IMG/VR virus record: IMGVR_UViG_3300022562_000410
Strand: one strand, 5' to 3'
Length of the DNA stretch: 64,000 bases
From: an uncultured virus (IMG/VR IMGVR_UViG_3300022562_000410)
Lineage: Duplodnaviria; Heunggongvirae; Uroviricota; Caudoviricetes
In this document: positions 25,846 to 34,916 of the stretch, piece by piece
Layout of the letters: each line of letters opens with the position of its first letter
Numbering within the stretch: the first letter of the stretch is position 1
Notes under the pieces: generated by a model
Told to the model about the DNA's origin: nothing
The model's input: only the letters and a program-made list of their open reading frames with translations
Databases searched by the model: none
Position numbers and translations under genes: made by a program

Positions 25846-28340
25846 CAGGGATGTTCGGGCCAAGCAGTGAGTCCGTGCTTGAAGACGGCACGTCAGCGGG
25901 GGCCATGGATCAAGGCTATACGGACAAGGGGCCAGCGAAGGATGACGACGGCATGGATGCCGATCCCGGCAATGATGCCTTCTGGATCAAGCGAGCACGC
26001 GACAGCTACATGACTGGGCAGGACTGGTTCGACACCTCAGTCCGCTACAGGATGGAAGACAGCATGCGGCTCTTCAATAGTGAACATCCCCGAGGGAGCC
26101 GCTACAACGACGAGGCCTACGAGAAGCGCAGCAAGCTGTTCAGGCCAAAGACCCGTGCTTCGATCCGTAAGCTGGAGGCTGCAGCGGTCGCCGCCTTCTT
26201 CGCCACGCAGGACGCTCTGACCTGCACGCCACCGAACCAGCGTGACAAGATGCAGCGCTTGGCTGCTGACTCCATGGCCGAGCTACTGAACTATCGCCTG
26301 ACCACGCAGGGCAATATCCCGTGGTATCTAACCTGCATCGGGGCCCTGCAGGATGCTTCCAAGCAAGGCGTGGTGATCAGCAGGCAGCAGTGGGTCTACC
26401 GTGAGGTGGAGGAGGAGTACGACGAGGAGATCGTCGACGCCCTGACGCAGCAGCATTTCACCCAGATCAACCGGGAGACAAGGGTAGTGGCGGATCGTCC
26501 TGATGTGGTGCTCAGGCCGGTCGAGAACATCCTGTTCAGCCCAGCCAGCGACTGGCGCAACCCGGTACAGACCTCACCGTTCCTGATCGACATGGAGCCA
26601 TTCTATGTGGGTGAGGTCGAGGAGCGCGGCGAGGATGGCAAACAGGGGCCGTATGACGTGGCATGGCGCAAGCTGTCACGCGATACGATCAGGAGTGCGA
26701 TGAAGCAGTCCTACGATCCTGTGCGGCAGGCACGTGAAGGTCACCGGGAAGATCGCTATGACGACCAGCGCTCAGCCATCCTCGAATACGATGTGGTCTG
26801 GGTGCATCACAACTATGTTCGCATCTACGGGCAGGAGTGGTATTTCGCCACGCTGGGCACCGAGGTCATGCTGAGCGACCCCGTGCCACTCGAAGAGGTA
26901 ACGCCGCTGGGTGAGCGGCCCTATGTGCTGGGCATGGCCACGATCGAGCCGCACAAGCCGTATCCGACCTCCGTGGTCGAGCTGGCCAGACCGTTACAGG
27001 AAGAGATCAATGACCTCTCGAATCTCAGGATCGACAACATCCGTCACATCATTTCTCCGCGCTATTTCATCAAGCGAGGCACGTCGGTCGACATTAGGTC
27101 TCTCCTACGAAATATCGCGGGAGGTGTCACGGCTATGGAAGACCCCAAGAACGACGTCAACATCCGAACCATCCCTGACGCCACTGGCAGCAGCTTCCAA
27201 GAGCAGGACAGGCTCGCCATCGAGATGGACGATCTTACGGGGGGCTTCAATCAGTCTAGCGTCGCTTCTAACCACAATATCAATGAAAGAGTAGGCAACA
27301 CCCAGATGGTCGGTGAGGCCGCGAACCAGATCACCGAGATGACCATCAGGACCTTCAGTGAGACGTGGGTCGAACCGGTACTGCAGCAGGTGCTCGAACT
27401 GGAGCGTGCGCTGGAGAGTGATCAGGTGGTGATGGCGATCGTCGGCCAGCGCATGGGCGTGCCGCCAGAGCAAATCTTCCGTATGCTGGACCTACCGGTG
27501 CGGGTGACCGTCAATGTAGGCTTCGGTGCGACCAACCCGCAGAAGCGGCTGGAGAAGGTCACCATGGCCTTCGCCACGCTGGCCCAGATCAATCCCGAGT
27601 GGGTGGCCAAGGCGGATCAGGCTGAAGTGGTCACCGAGGTGTTGGGAGCGGTGGGCTTCAAGAACGCTGAGCGCTTCTTCCCAGACATCGCCGAGGGTGC
27701 TCAGCAGCAAGACCCGAGGTTGCAGCAGGCCCTGCAGGAGAATGAGCAGCTCAAGGCGCTACTGCAGGGTGAGGGCCAGAAGCATCAAGCCATGCTGCAG
27801 GGCAAGCAGATCGACGCTCAGGTCAAGGTGCAGATCGAGCAGGGCCGGTTGCAGTATCAGCGTGAGAAGGACATGACGCAGGCTGAGCTGGCTCACAAGG
27901 TCGAAGAGAACAAGTGGAACATGAAGATGCTCGACATCAACATCGAGCGTGAGCAGAACGAGTTCAGGCGGCAGGAGCTGATCCAGCAGCGCATCGCCCT
28001 GAACCATACCATCACCATGGATGAGCGGCAGCTCGCCATGCAGCAGCAACAGGCAGACATGCAGGCGCAGCAGGTCCACATCAACCCGCAAACAGGTCAA
28101 CCAACCAAAGCCGCCAACAAGGAAGGCGTGAAGCAGATACAGCAAGCAGGCTCAGGGACGAGTCCCCAGCATCCGTCACCACCCAACCCGAAGGAGGCCT
28201 CGACCAAAGAGCCGACTCCACCGAAAGCCCCGGATGGTGGTGGGGGAAGAATCGCCAACCAACCCAAGATAGGAAACGAGGATCGCGCTGGCGTGATCGC
28301 AAGAGGACGTTATGGTGCGGTGCCGTTTCAGGAGGGCTAG
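25842..28340 (+). CDS. Portal protein (podovirus type, long Q-rich C-terminus)
   Basis: Size and position; ARPLQEEINDLSNLRIDNI and VTVNVGFG portal-like segments. Confidence 0.85.
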   Translation: MTGMFGPSSESVLEDGTSAGAMDQGYTDKGPAKDDDGMDADPGNDAFWIKRARDSYMTGQDWFDTSVRYRMEDSMRLFNSEHPRGSRYNDEAYEKRSKLFRPKTRASIRKLEAAAVAAFFATQDALTCTPPNQRDKMQRLAADSMAELLNYRLTTQGNIPWYLTCIGALQDASKQGVVISRQQWVYREVEEEYDEEIVDALTQQHFTQINRETRVVADRPDVVLRPVENILFSPASDWRNPVQTSPFLIDMEPFYVGEVEERGEDGKQGPYDVAWRKLSRDTIRSAMKQSYDPVRQAREGHREDRYDDQRSAILEYDVVWVHHNYVRIYGQEWYFATLGTEVMLSDPVPLEEVTPLGERPYVLGMATIEPHKPYPTSVVELARPLQEEINDLSNLRIDNIRHIISPRYFIKRGTSVDIRSLLRNIAGGVTAMEDPKNDVNIRTIPDATGSSFQEQDRLAIEMDDLTGGFNQSSVASNHNINERVGNTQMVGEAANQITEMTIRTFSETWVEPVLQQVLELERALESDQVVMAIVGQRMGVPPEQIFRMLDLPVRVTVNVGFGATNPQKRLEKVTMAFATLAQINPEWVAKADQAEVVTEVLGAVGFKNAERFFPDIAEGAQQQDPRLQQALQENEQLKALLQGEGQKHQAMLQGKQIDAQVKVQIEQGRLQYQREKDMTQAELAHKVEENKWNMKMLDINIEREQNEFRRQELIQQRIALNHTITMDERQLAMQQQQADMQAQQVHINPQTGQPTKAANKEGVKQIQQAGSGTSPQHPSPPNPKEASTKEPTPPKAPDGGGGRIANQPKIGNEDRAGVIARGRYGAVPFQEG

Positions 28341-28471
28341 ATGTTTGTCACAATCTGCACTTATCTCTCGGTGTTCGGAGCGGGTGTTACGATAGGCATG
28401 CTCTACATGTACCTCTACTGTCATCACAAGCGCTACAGCTTCAGGAAGCGCAACCAAGAGAGAAAGTAGTC

Positions 28472-28900
28472 ATGCCTCGCATGAAACGTCGCACGCTACT
28501 GAAAGGTCTCGCCGCTGGGATAGCGCTCAGTCTGTCCCCGGTGTTCCTGAACCGGGCCAGACTGGAACTGGTTCACGAGCAAGAGCCTGAGTACATCATC
28601 ACGGTCAATGCCTACCTCAACGGTAAGCTGGTGGCGATCGGGCAGAACCGGGTTGTGGATAATGGCGTGGACATGTTGGCTGAGACATCTGCTCCGGGGG
28701 TAACCATGGTCACGCCCTATCGAGGCGTGCCTGAGAGGGCCCGACGTTTCCGCTTCCCTGCCGGTCAGGTAGTCGGCAGCATCGATGAGGTCTCGGTCGA
28801 TATGCCGGGAGTGGAGCGACAGCGCACGGTCTTTGATCAACCCATCACCGTGATGGCTGACGAGGAGCTGGATGTGGTCTACGAGTACAGGAGGGCATGA
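28472..28900 (+). CDS. Hypothetical protein with twin-arginine-like N-terminus
   Basis: MKRRTLLKGLAAGIALSLSP. Confidence 0.6.
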   Translation: MPRMKRRTLLKGLAAGIALSLSPVFLNRARLELVHEQEPEYIITVNAYLNGKLVAIGQNRVVDNGVDMLAETSAPGVTMVTPYRGVPERARRFRFPAGQVVGSIDEVSVDMPGVERQRTVFDQPITVMADEELDVVYEYRRA

Positions 28901-29033
28901 TGGCTAAGCAGAAGGCAGCGCCAAAGAAGGAGCGACTGGTGAAGAAGAAGCCGGTTGCACAGGCCGTGCAGCGAGCTGTACGGGAACAGCGGAACCGGGT
29001 CGCGTTGCGGCTCAATCGAGAGAGGATAAAGGA

Positions 29034-29399
29034 ATGAGCGTTCACAACCTAGAGCACAGGGGCGTGCTCAACGCCATCATCTTGCCGGGTACGCCTCAGG
29101 CTATCACCGGTAATGGCGCGGCCAGCATCGACAAGTACAAAACGGACCTGACCACGGGCGCTGGTGCAGCCGCTGTCTCACTAGCCAATGGCCGCTACGA
29201 TGGGCAGCTAAAGCTGATCCAGATGGTGGTTGATGGTGGCGGTGATGCCACAGTCACCCCGGACAGCTTGGCGGACGGCAGCACCATCACCTTTGCCGAT
29301 GCCGGGGACAGCGCGTTGCTGGCGTGGAACAACGGGGCGTGGTTCGTGGTAGACCTGTTCAATCGTGCTGACGGCGCGAGCGCACCGGTAGTCGCCTGA
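29034..29399 (+). CDS. Putative virion structural protein
   Basis: G/A/T-rich beta-type composition in head region. Confidence 0.55.
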   Translation: MSVHNLEHRGVLNAIILPGTPQAITGNGAASIDKYKTDLTTGAGAAAVSLANGRYDGQLKLIQMVVDGGGDATVTPDSLADGSTITFADAGDSALLAWNNGAWFVVDLFNRADGASAPVVA

Positions 29400-29534
29400 T
29401 GCCGTACGAGAAGACAGGCAAGAAGGACAGCAAGGGTCGCAAGCTGTACAGGACCCCGTCTGGCGTACTGGTCACCCAGAGCCAGATCGGGGCCATCGAA
29501 TCGAAGAAGCACGGACGGGAGCGAAAGAAAGGCC

Positions 29535-29843
29535 ATGGTCGAAAGTAGGAACAAGGAACGGCTGCAGGACAACTGCGGCTTCTGCGGCAACCACAAGGAT
29601 GATGTGCCGCTGATGGTGACGAGTCAGCTCGACTCGTACAACAACCCGGCGATCTGCGCCAACTGCGCGATGGCGATCGTGCAGCAGACGTTCATCCGGT
29701 TTGGCATCCTCGACAAGCAGATCAGGCAGCAGATGAGGAAGCCTCCGGTGCCAGAACTGATCGTGCCGGGAGCGGCCAATGATGCCGCCGACAGGGCGAT
29801 CAATGCCGTTCAGGGGGAGCACGGTGACCGAGCAGACGAATGA
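29535..29843 (+). CDS. ClpX C4-type zinc finger protein
   Basis: CGFCG..KDDVPLMV....ICANC. Confidence 0.75.
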   Translation: MVESRNKERLQDNCGFCGNHKDDVPLMVTSQLDSYNNPAICANCAMAIVQQTFIRFGILDKQIRQQMRKPPVPELIVPGAANDAADRAINAVQGEHGDRADE

Positions 29844-30222
29844 TCCACTAGACGGGTTCCGTAGCAGGACCCGAGACGCCTATGAATCGTTAGAGGAGGA
29901 GGTCCGCTCATGGCGAGCGCTGGCTGCTGATGATGTCGACCTGCGAAACCTTCAGGACATCATCAAGATGGACAACCTACTGAAGGAGCTGGAAGGTGGA
30001 TCGACGACAATCAAGCGGCTGGTTACATACGCATCTCAACGCATTGGAGAGGCATGTGCGCTATGGGTTCAGAGTGGTGATCCTACCGCTCTTCCGGTTA
30101 TTGCCGCTCATCGGAATGCTCGTGCCGCACGGCTACTTCTGGACTGGATAGACGATCACATCAGGGCAGGCAAGGCAGCGGAGAGTCAAATCTTACTAAA
30201 CGAGGACGAAGGTTATGAGTAA
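29824..30222 (+). CDS. Hypothetical protein
   Basis: GGGGAG SD, GTG start; precedes scaffold. Confidence 0.6.
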   Translation: MTEQTNDPLDGFRSRTRDAYESLEEEVRSWRALAADDVDLRNLQDIIKMDNLLKELEGGSTTIKRLVTYASQRIGEACALWVQSGDPTALPVIAAHRNARAARLLLDWIDDHIRAGKAAESQILLNEDEGYE

Positions 30223-31609
30223 AGCAAAGGCAAACCCACAACTGGCCGGTTACCGGCGCGAGAAGATTGGCGACGACAAAGAGGCGCGGGCCGAGGCCGA
30301 GAACCGACAGATCGCCAAGGCTGAGGCCGAAGAGACCGCCGAGCCGGAGCTGCGCCCTGATCCCAGTGTGCAGGTGCCGACTGGCGACGAGACCCAACCC
30401 ATGCCGCAGCCAGAGCATCGCAGTGCACTGAACACGCTGTATGAGAAGTCCCGCAAGAACCGGGAGCTGGTAACCCGTGAGGATGAAGAGGGCTCGCCCG
30501 ACGTCGCTCGCATCCGGGCGCTGCAGTCTGAAGCAGCCGGTGGCCAGCCACAGGAGGAGTTCGATACCAATCGGCCCGATCGTTTCAGCACACCAGAAGA
30601 GATTCAGGCTTATGAGGAGCGTGTGGCCCAAGAGGATGGAGCAGACGATCCCGAAGAGCCAGATTCGGCTAAATCTGATATATCTGAACCTCGGCGGGAA
30701 CAGCGTTCCTATGAAGACGTTGATACTGATGTTAGAGTCTCCGTCAAGGTAGATGGTCAGTTCTACGATGTACCCCAGCAGGATATCGATGATGCTGGCG
30801 GCATCGAGAACTACCAGAAAAACAGGGCGGCGACGATCCGCCTGCAGCGTGCAGCTACCCTAGAGCGTAAAGCTCAGGAGAGGGCGCTTCAGATGCAGCA
30901 GGTTCCGGTGACCCCGCCCGAAGAGCTTACAGACCCACCCGAGGGCGGTCAGAGCGAAGCTGATGATGTCGACTCCCTGCGAAGGGAGATGATGGACGTC
31001 GTGATCGACGGCGATGAGTCGCAGATCAATGAGTGGATCGTAAATCGCTTACAGCGTAAACGTGAAGCCGCTGCTCCGACCCCCAAGCCCCAGACTCGAC
31101 GTACCACGACGGAACGCGCAGAACCTCCGATAGAACAGTCGGAGATTCAGCAGGAGCTGAAGCGCCAGTACGACGAGGACATCGAGGCCACCAATGCCAT
31201 GATGAACGAAGAGTTCCCCGACATCATGGAAGGTGCCAAGCCAAACGCAAGCGAGTTGCAGCGACGTCGATTGGCCGACGCTCAGGAATACTTCAGAGTG
31301 CTCACCATGGACCCGCATAACGTCGGTCGGACCCAGAAGGAGATGGCCCGCGAAGCAGCTCGACGTGCCCGCAAGATCGTTTATCCAGAGGAGCATCGAG
31401 GACCGATGCCCCGTATCGAGGAAGAGCGTCAGCAACGGGTACAACGCAAGCGCAGGCTCCCTCAGCCCTCCCGTGCAGACCGCACAGCCCCGGCGCAACC
31501 CAAGCAGGATCAACCAACGGTAGCTACTGCGCGGGAGCACCTACAGCGTCTTCGTCGGCATGCTGGTCTGGACCTCGGTGAAGAGGACCTAGCCCGCACC
31601 CGGCGCTGA
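30215..31609 (+). CDS. Putative capsid scaffolding protein
   Basis: Acidic coiled coil with VKVDG motif, directly upstream of capsid gene. Confidence 0.75.
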   Translation: MSKAKANPQLAGYRREKIGDDKEARAEAENRQIAKAEAEETAEPELRPDPSVQVPTGDETQPMPQPEHRSALNTLYEKSRKNRELVTREDEEGSPDVARIRALQSEAAGGQPQEEFDTNRPDRFSTPEEIQAYEERVAQEDGADDPEEPDSAKSDISEPRREQRSYEDVDTDVRVSVKVDGQFYDVPQQDIDDAGGIENYQKNRAATIRLQRAATLERKAQERALQMQQVPVTPPEELTDPPEGGQSEADDVDSLRREMMDVVIDGDESQINEWIVNRLQRKREAAAPTPKPQTRRTTTERAEPPIEQSEIQQELKRQYDEDIEATNAMMNEEFPDIMEGAKPNASELQRRRLADAQEYFRVLTMDPHNVGRTQKEMAREAARRARKIVYPEEHRGPMPRIEEERQQRVQRKRRLPQPSRADRTAPAQPKQDQPTVATAREHLQRLRRHAGLDLGEEDLARTRR

Positions 31610-31648
31610 CGATCAGGGTCTCCGCGCTTTGAACGGAGACTTTGAACA

Positions 31649-32647
31649 ATGGCTGGACAAGTATGGCAAGTGGACGTGCTGGGTGGGTACATGTACTCAG
31701 ATCAGTTGTCCGACAAACTCCGCATCGAGCTGTTGCCTTCTGTCAAGTTCCGCCAGCTTTGCGACGCTCGGGACGCGATGGATAAAGGCCTGAATACAGG
31801 CGATGCCTACAACTGGAATGTGTACTCTCGCGTGGTCACGGGTGGCGGGCAGTTGCTCGAAACCCAGCCGATGCCAGAGACCAACTACAAGATCGTTCGC
31901 AACTCCCTGACGATCACCGAGTACGGCAACAGTGTGCCGTACACCGGCAAGCTGGACGACCTGTCCCGCCACCCGGTCGAGGAGATCATCAAGAAGGTGC
32001 TGAAGATCGATGCGAAGGAAACGCTGGACGGTGGCGCACACGCCCAGTTCAACCTCGCAGCTCTGACGGTCACCCCTACTGGCGGCAACAGCACGACCTC
32101 GGTCACGCTGGAAGAGGGTGGCTGCACCATCACCAACAACATTGCGTTGGGCAAGGAGCACATCAAGAGCACGGTCGACGCCATGAAGGAGCGGAACATT
32201 CCGCCCTACATCGGTGATGACTACTACGCGATCGGCTGGCCGACGACCTTCAGGACGTTCAAGAACGACCTCGAAGGGATCAAGGTCTATGTCGAGACCG
32301 GGTTCCGGCACATCATGAACGGTGAGATTGGCCGTTACGAGAGCTGCCGGTTCATCGAGCAGACTCATGTCGCCAAGGGTGGCGCAGCGGATTCCGTCAC
32401 GTGGACCTTCCGCACCCCAGACCTATGGGACAACGGCAAGTCCGACTGGGTGTTCTTCCTCGGCGAAGACACTGTGGCGGAGGCCGTCGCCATCCCCGAA
32501 GAGATTCGAGGCAAGATTCCGACCGACTTTGGCCGGAGCCGTGGTATCGCATGGTACTACCTCGGTGGCTTTGGGATCGTCCATCTCGGCAATGCGACCG
32601 ATGGTTTCATCAACGACCGCATCGTCAAGTGGGAGAGCGCAGCGTAA
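31649..32647 (+). CDS. Major capsid protein (N4 gp56-like by motif)
   Basis: TITEYGNSV, GEIGRYESCRFIE, DFGRSRGIAWY. Confidence 0.88.
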   Translation: MAGQVWQVDVLGGYMYSDQLSDKLRIELLPSVKFRQLCDARDAMDKGLNTGDAYNWNVYSRVVTGGGQLLETQPMPETNYKIVRNSLTITEYGNSVPYTGKLDDLSRHPVEEIIKKVLKIDAKETLDGGAHAQFNLAALTVTPTGGNSTTSVTLEEGGCTITNNIALGKEHIKSTVDAMKERNIPPYIGDDYYAIGWPTTFRTFKNDLEGIKVYVETGFRHIMNGEIGRYESCRFIEQTHVAKGGAADSVTWTFRTPDLWDNGKSDWVFFLGEDTVAEAVAIPEEIRGKIPTDFGRSRGIAWYYLGGFGIVHLGNATDGFINDRIVKWESAA

Positions 32648-32749
32648 GGGCGGCTGAACCAGTCTGAGGTGGCTGGCTGACGACCCTCTGGGTGTACGGC
32701 CTTTCCACCCAGACAGCCAGTCACCTCAACTTCAAGAGGAACAGGAAAG

Positions 32750-33160
32750 ATGAAAACGTATGACAATCCAATCACCGTGAGCCACAACCTCGGTGTGGTG
32801 GACTACGGCGCTGGTAACTCAGTGCAACTGATCCCTGTGCCGCCCAACGTGAGCCGTGCTCGCCTCGAATTCGTCCTGTTGGACGTTGACGAGACCTTCA
32901 ACACGGACACCACGGACGGGCGCTTTCAGGTTGGCGACGGGACCACGGCGGACAAGTTCATGGACGCTGACATCGGCGCAGCAGCGGTCGACACAGCCGT
33001 GTCTTTCGCCTGCGGCAAGGATGCGGGCAAGGAGATCGATCTGGATCGTGATGGGGACGGTGGTGCCGCTCTCACGTTTCTGACGGTCACCATGGTCGCG
33101 CCGACCGGTGGCACCCCGGCAGGTATCGCAAACACGACACTTGTCGTATCGTGGTACTGA
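32750..33160 (+). CDS. Putative capsid decoration/cement protein
   Basis: Small beta-rich protein following the capsid gene. Confidence 0.6.
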   Translation: MKTYDNPITVSHNLGVVDYGAGNSVQLIPVPPNVSRARLEFVLLDVDETFNTDTTDGRFQVGDGTTADKFMDADIGAAAVDTAVSFACGKDAGKEIDLDRDGDGGAALTFLTVTMVAPTGGTPAGIANTTLVVSWY

Positions 33161-33197
33161 TCGCTGCGGACAGGTAACCCGTAACTTACATGAGGCA

Positions 33198-33413
33198 ATG
33201 ATCATGAAGAAAGTGAGCAAGAACCCCGCGATGAGCAAGGGCGGACTGAAGGGTTCCTTCCCTTCGAGCAACGGCGGCTCTCTGAAGACCGGCCTGTCGT
33301 CCCGTGAGACCATGTCGTCCAACCCGGACGCACTGGGCATGGGCAACACAGGTCCGAACCAGATGCCGATGTGTGGCCCGAAGGACAAGGTCGGAAAGTT
33401 CCAGTTCTGCTAA
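33198..33413 (+). CDS. Small hypothetical protein
   Basis: GAGG SD; G/S/K-rich. Confidence 0.5.
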   Translation: MIMKKVSKNPAMSKGGLKGSFPSSNGGSLKTGLSSRETMSSNPDALGMGNTGPNQMPMCGPKDKVGKFQFC

Positions 33414-33520
33414 CAGTTTGGGCCTAACGGCCCAACCTTGTTCGCTAGGATGCGGACAGAGCGGGCGGGTCTCTCCCCCCCTATTGGGACTCGCCCGCTC
33501 ACCTTACCCGAGGGCATGTC

Positions 33521-33778
33521 ATGAGACACAAGATGCGACGCTCCAAGAGCAAGGCCGCTGAGACGGCGGTCACCATCGATCCGTACAGTGGCGACTACTC
33601 GTCCCTGCAGGACCCGGTGGACCCGGACGGGCGCGGTTACACGTCGCCCCGAAGCCCAACGAACCTACGGTACGCACGCTCCCACGAAGAGCTGGCCGGG
33701 AGGGGGAGTCCGCCCCTGTCTGCCGGTCTGAGCATGCGTGAACCTCTGGAGACGGAGGATTACTACACCACGGACTGA
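33521..33778 (+). CDS. Hypothetical protein
   Basis: GAGG SD. Confidence 0.55.
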   Translation: MRHKMRRSKSKAAETAVTIDPYSGDYSSLQDPVDPDGRGYTSPRSPTNLRYARSHEELAGRGSPPLSAGLSMREPLETEDYYTTD

Positions 33779-33792
33779 CAGGAGAAAGGCCA

Positions 33793-34167
33793 ATGGCTGT
33801 TAAACGACTGGACCGCAATCGCCGTTACTCGCAAGTCTATGGCGACGAGGCAGAGAACCCAACACGTCCGCGCAAGTTCTATCAGGACGGCATGTATTTC
33901 GATGGAGCGGGCGTAGCCATCGAGGGGAGCCAAGTTCCCAAGCACACGCCACCGCCGAGCGCGGCAGACGAACCAGATGATGAGGCACCGGTAGGTGTCG
34001 ACACGCCGGATAACAGTGAGGCGATCAAGATGCTGAAGGGGCTGTCCGTTCCCAAGCTGAAGGCGCTCGCAGAGCAGGTCCACGAGGCAACTGGCAAAAA
34101 GCTGCCGGAAGGTGGGGCCGGTGTGAAGAACCGACTGATTGGCTACATCATCGCGAACTCCGAATGA
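33793..34167 (+). CDS. Hypothetical protein
   Basis: AGGAG SD; YQDGMYFD. Confidence 0.65.
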   Translation: MAVKRLDRNRRYSQVYGDEAENPTRPRKFYQDGMYFDGAGVAIEGSQVPKHTPPPSAADEPDDEAPVGVDTPDNSEAIKMLKGLSVPKLKALAEQVHEATGKKLPEGGAGVKNRLIGYIIANSE

Positions 34168-34178
34168 GGAGGTAGCGA

Positions 34179-34916
34179 ATGGCTTCGGATACCTATCTTG
34201 AGCTGGTATCTGACATGATCATGGAGACGGGGCTTAACGCAGGTCAAGCCCCGTCTTCCATAGATGCTGCAGAGGATGATGCCAAGAAAGCGGCCTATTG
34301 GATTCGCATCGCTGACCTTGAGGTGCAGCGTGAGCGGATCGATTGGGACTTTCTGTGGGGCATTCACCAGCCGAGCCTGACGCCCAACAGCAACGTGGTA
34401 CCAGCCCCGGTCGACCAGCCGGACCCTGACGACAACAACACCCGCACGGTGCTGATCAATGCCGTAGCCAAGAAGCGGCTGGCGGTCATGAACACCAACG
34501 GTGAGGCGTACTTCCCGACATGGTTGGAGTGGAACGACTTCTCCGTCCTGTACAACTATGAGGTGCAGAGCAACTCTGATTATCCAGCTCATTGGACGAT
34601 CAGGCCTGACCGGGTAATCATGCTCTCAAATCCGATTCAGAGTTCAGGTCTCACGTGCAAGTACGAGTACTGGCGCAAGCCGCTTCGTCTGCGCCAGAGC
34701 AACGACGTGAGTCGCATTCCAGATGATTTCTCACGGATCATCATCCTGCGGGCCAAGATTCTCTACGCCGAGCACGAGGATGCGCCCGAGGTTGACGTGG
34801 GTGCCACCGCTGATTACGACATCATGCTGGGTCAGATGCTCGCCGTGCATTCCCCTATGGCCCACTGGCAGCGGATGGAAAACAACGACGAATACCTGCA
34901 GGTGGAGACTGCGTGA
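34179..34916 (+). CDS. Head-tail adaptor (tail tubular protein A-like)
   Basis: TYLELV, DWDFL, SRIPDDFSRIII; position. Confidence 0.7.
   Translation: MASDTYLELVSDMIMETGLNAGQAPSSIDAAEDDAKKAAYWIRIADLEVQRERIDWDFLWGIHQPSLTPNSNVVPAPVDQPDPDDNNTRTVLINAVAKKRLAVMNTNGEAYFPTWLEWNDFSVLYNYEVQSNSDYPAHWTIRPDRVIMLSNPIQSSGLTCKYEYWRKPLRLRQSNDVSRIPDDFSRIIILRAKILYAEHEDAPEVDVGATADYDIMLGQMLAVHSPMAHWQRMENNDEYLQVETA

Noticed and set aside
7118..33795. Recurring GAAAGGC(C/A)ATG-like sequence before several starts (7128, 12900, 22604, 29535, 33793)
   Set aside because: Short, purine-rich and explainable as ordinary translation-initiation context.
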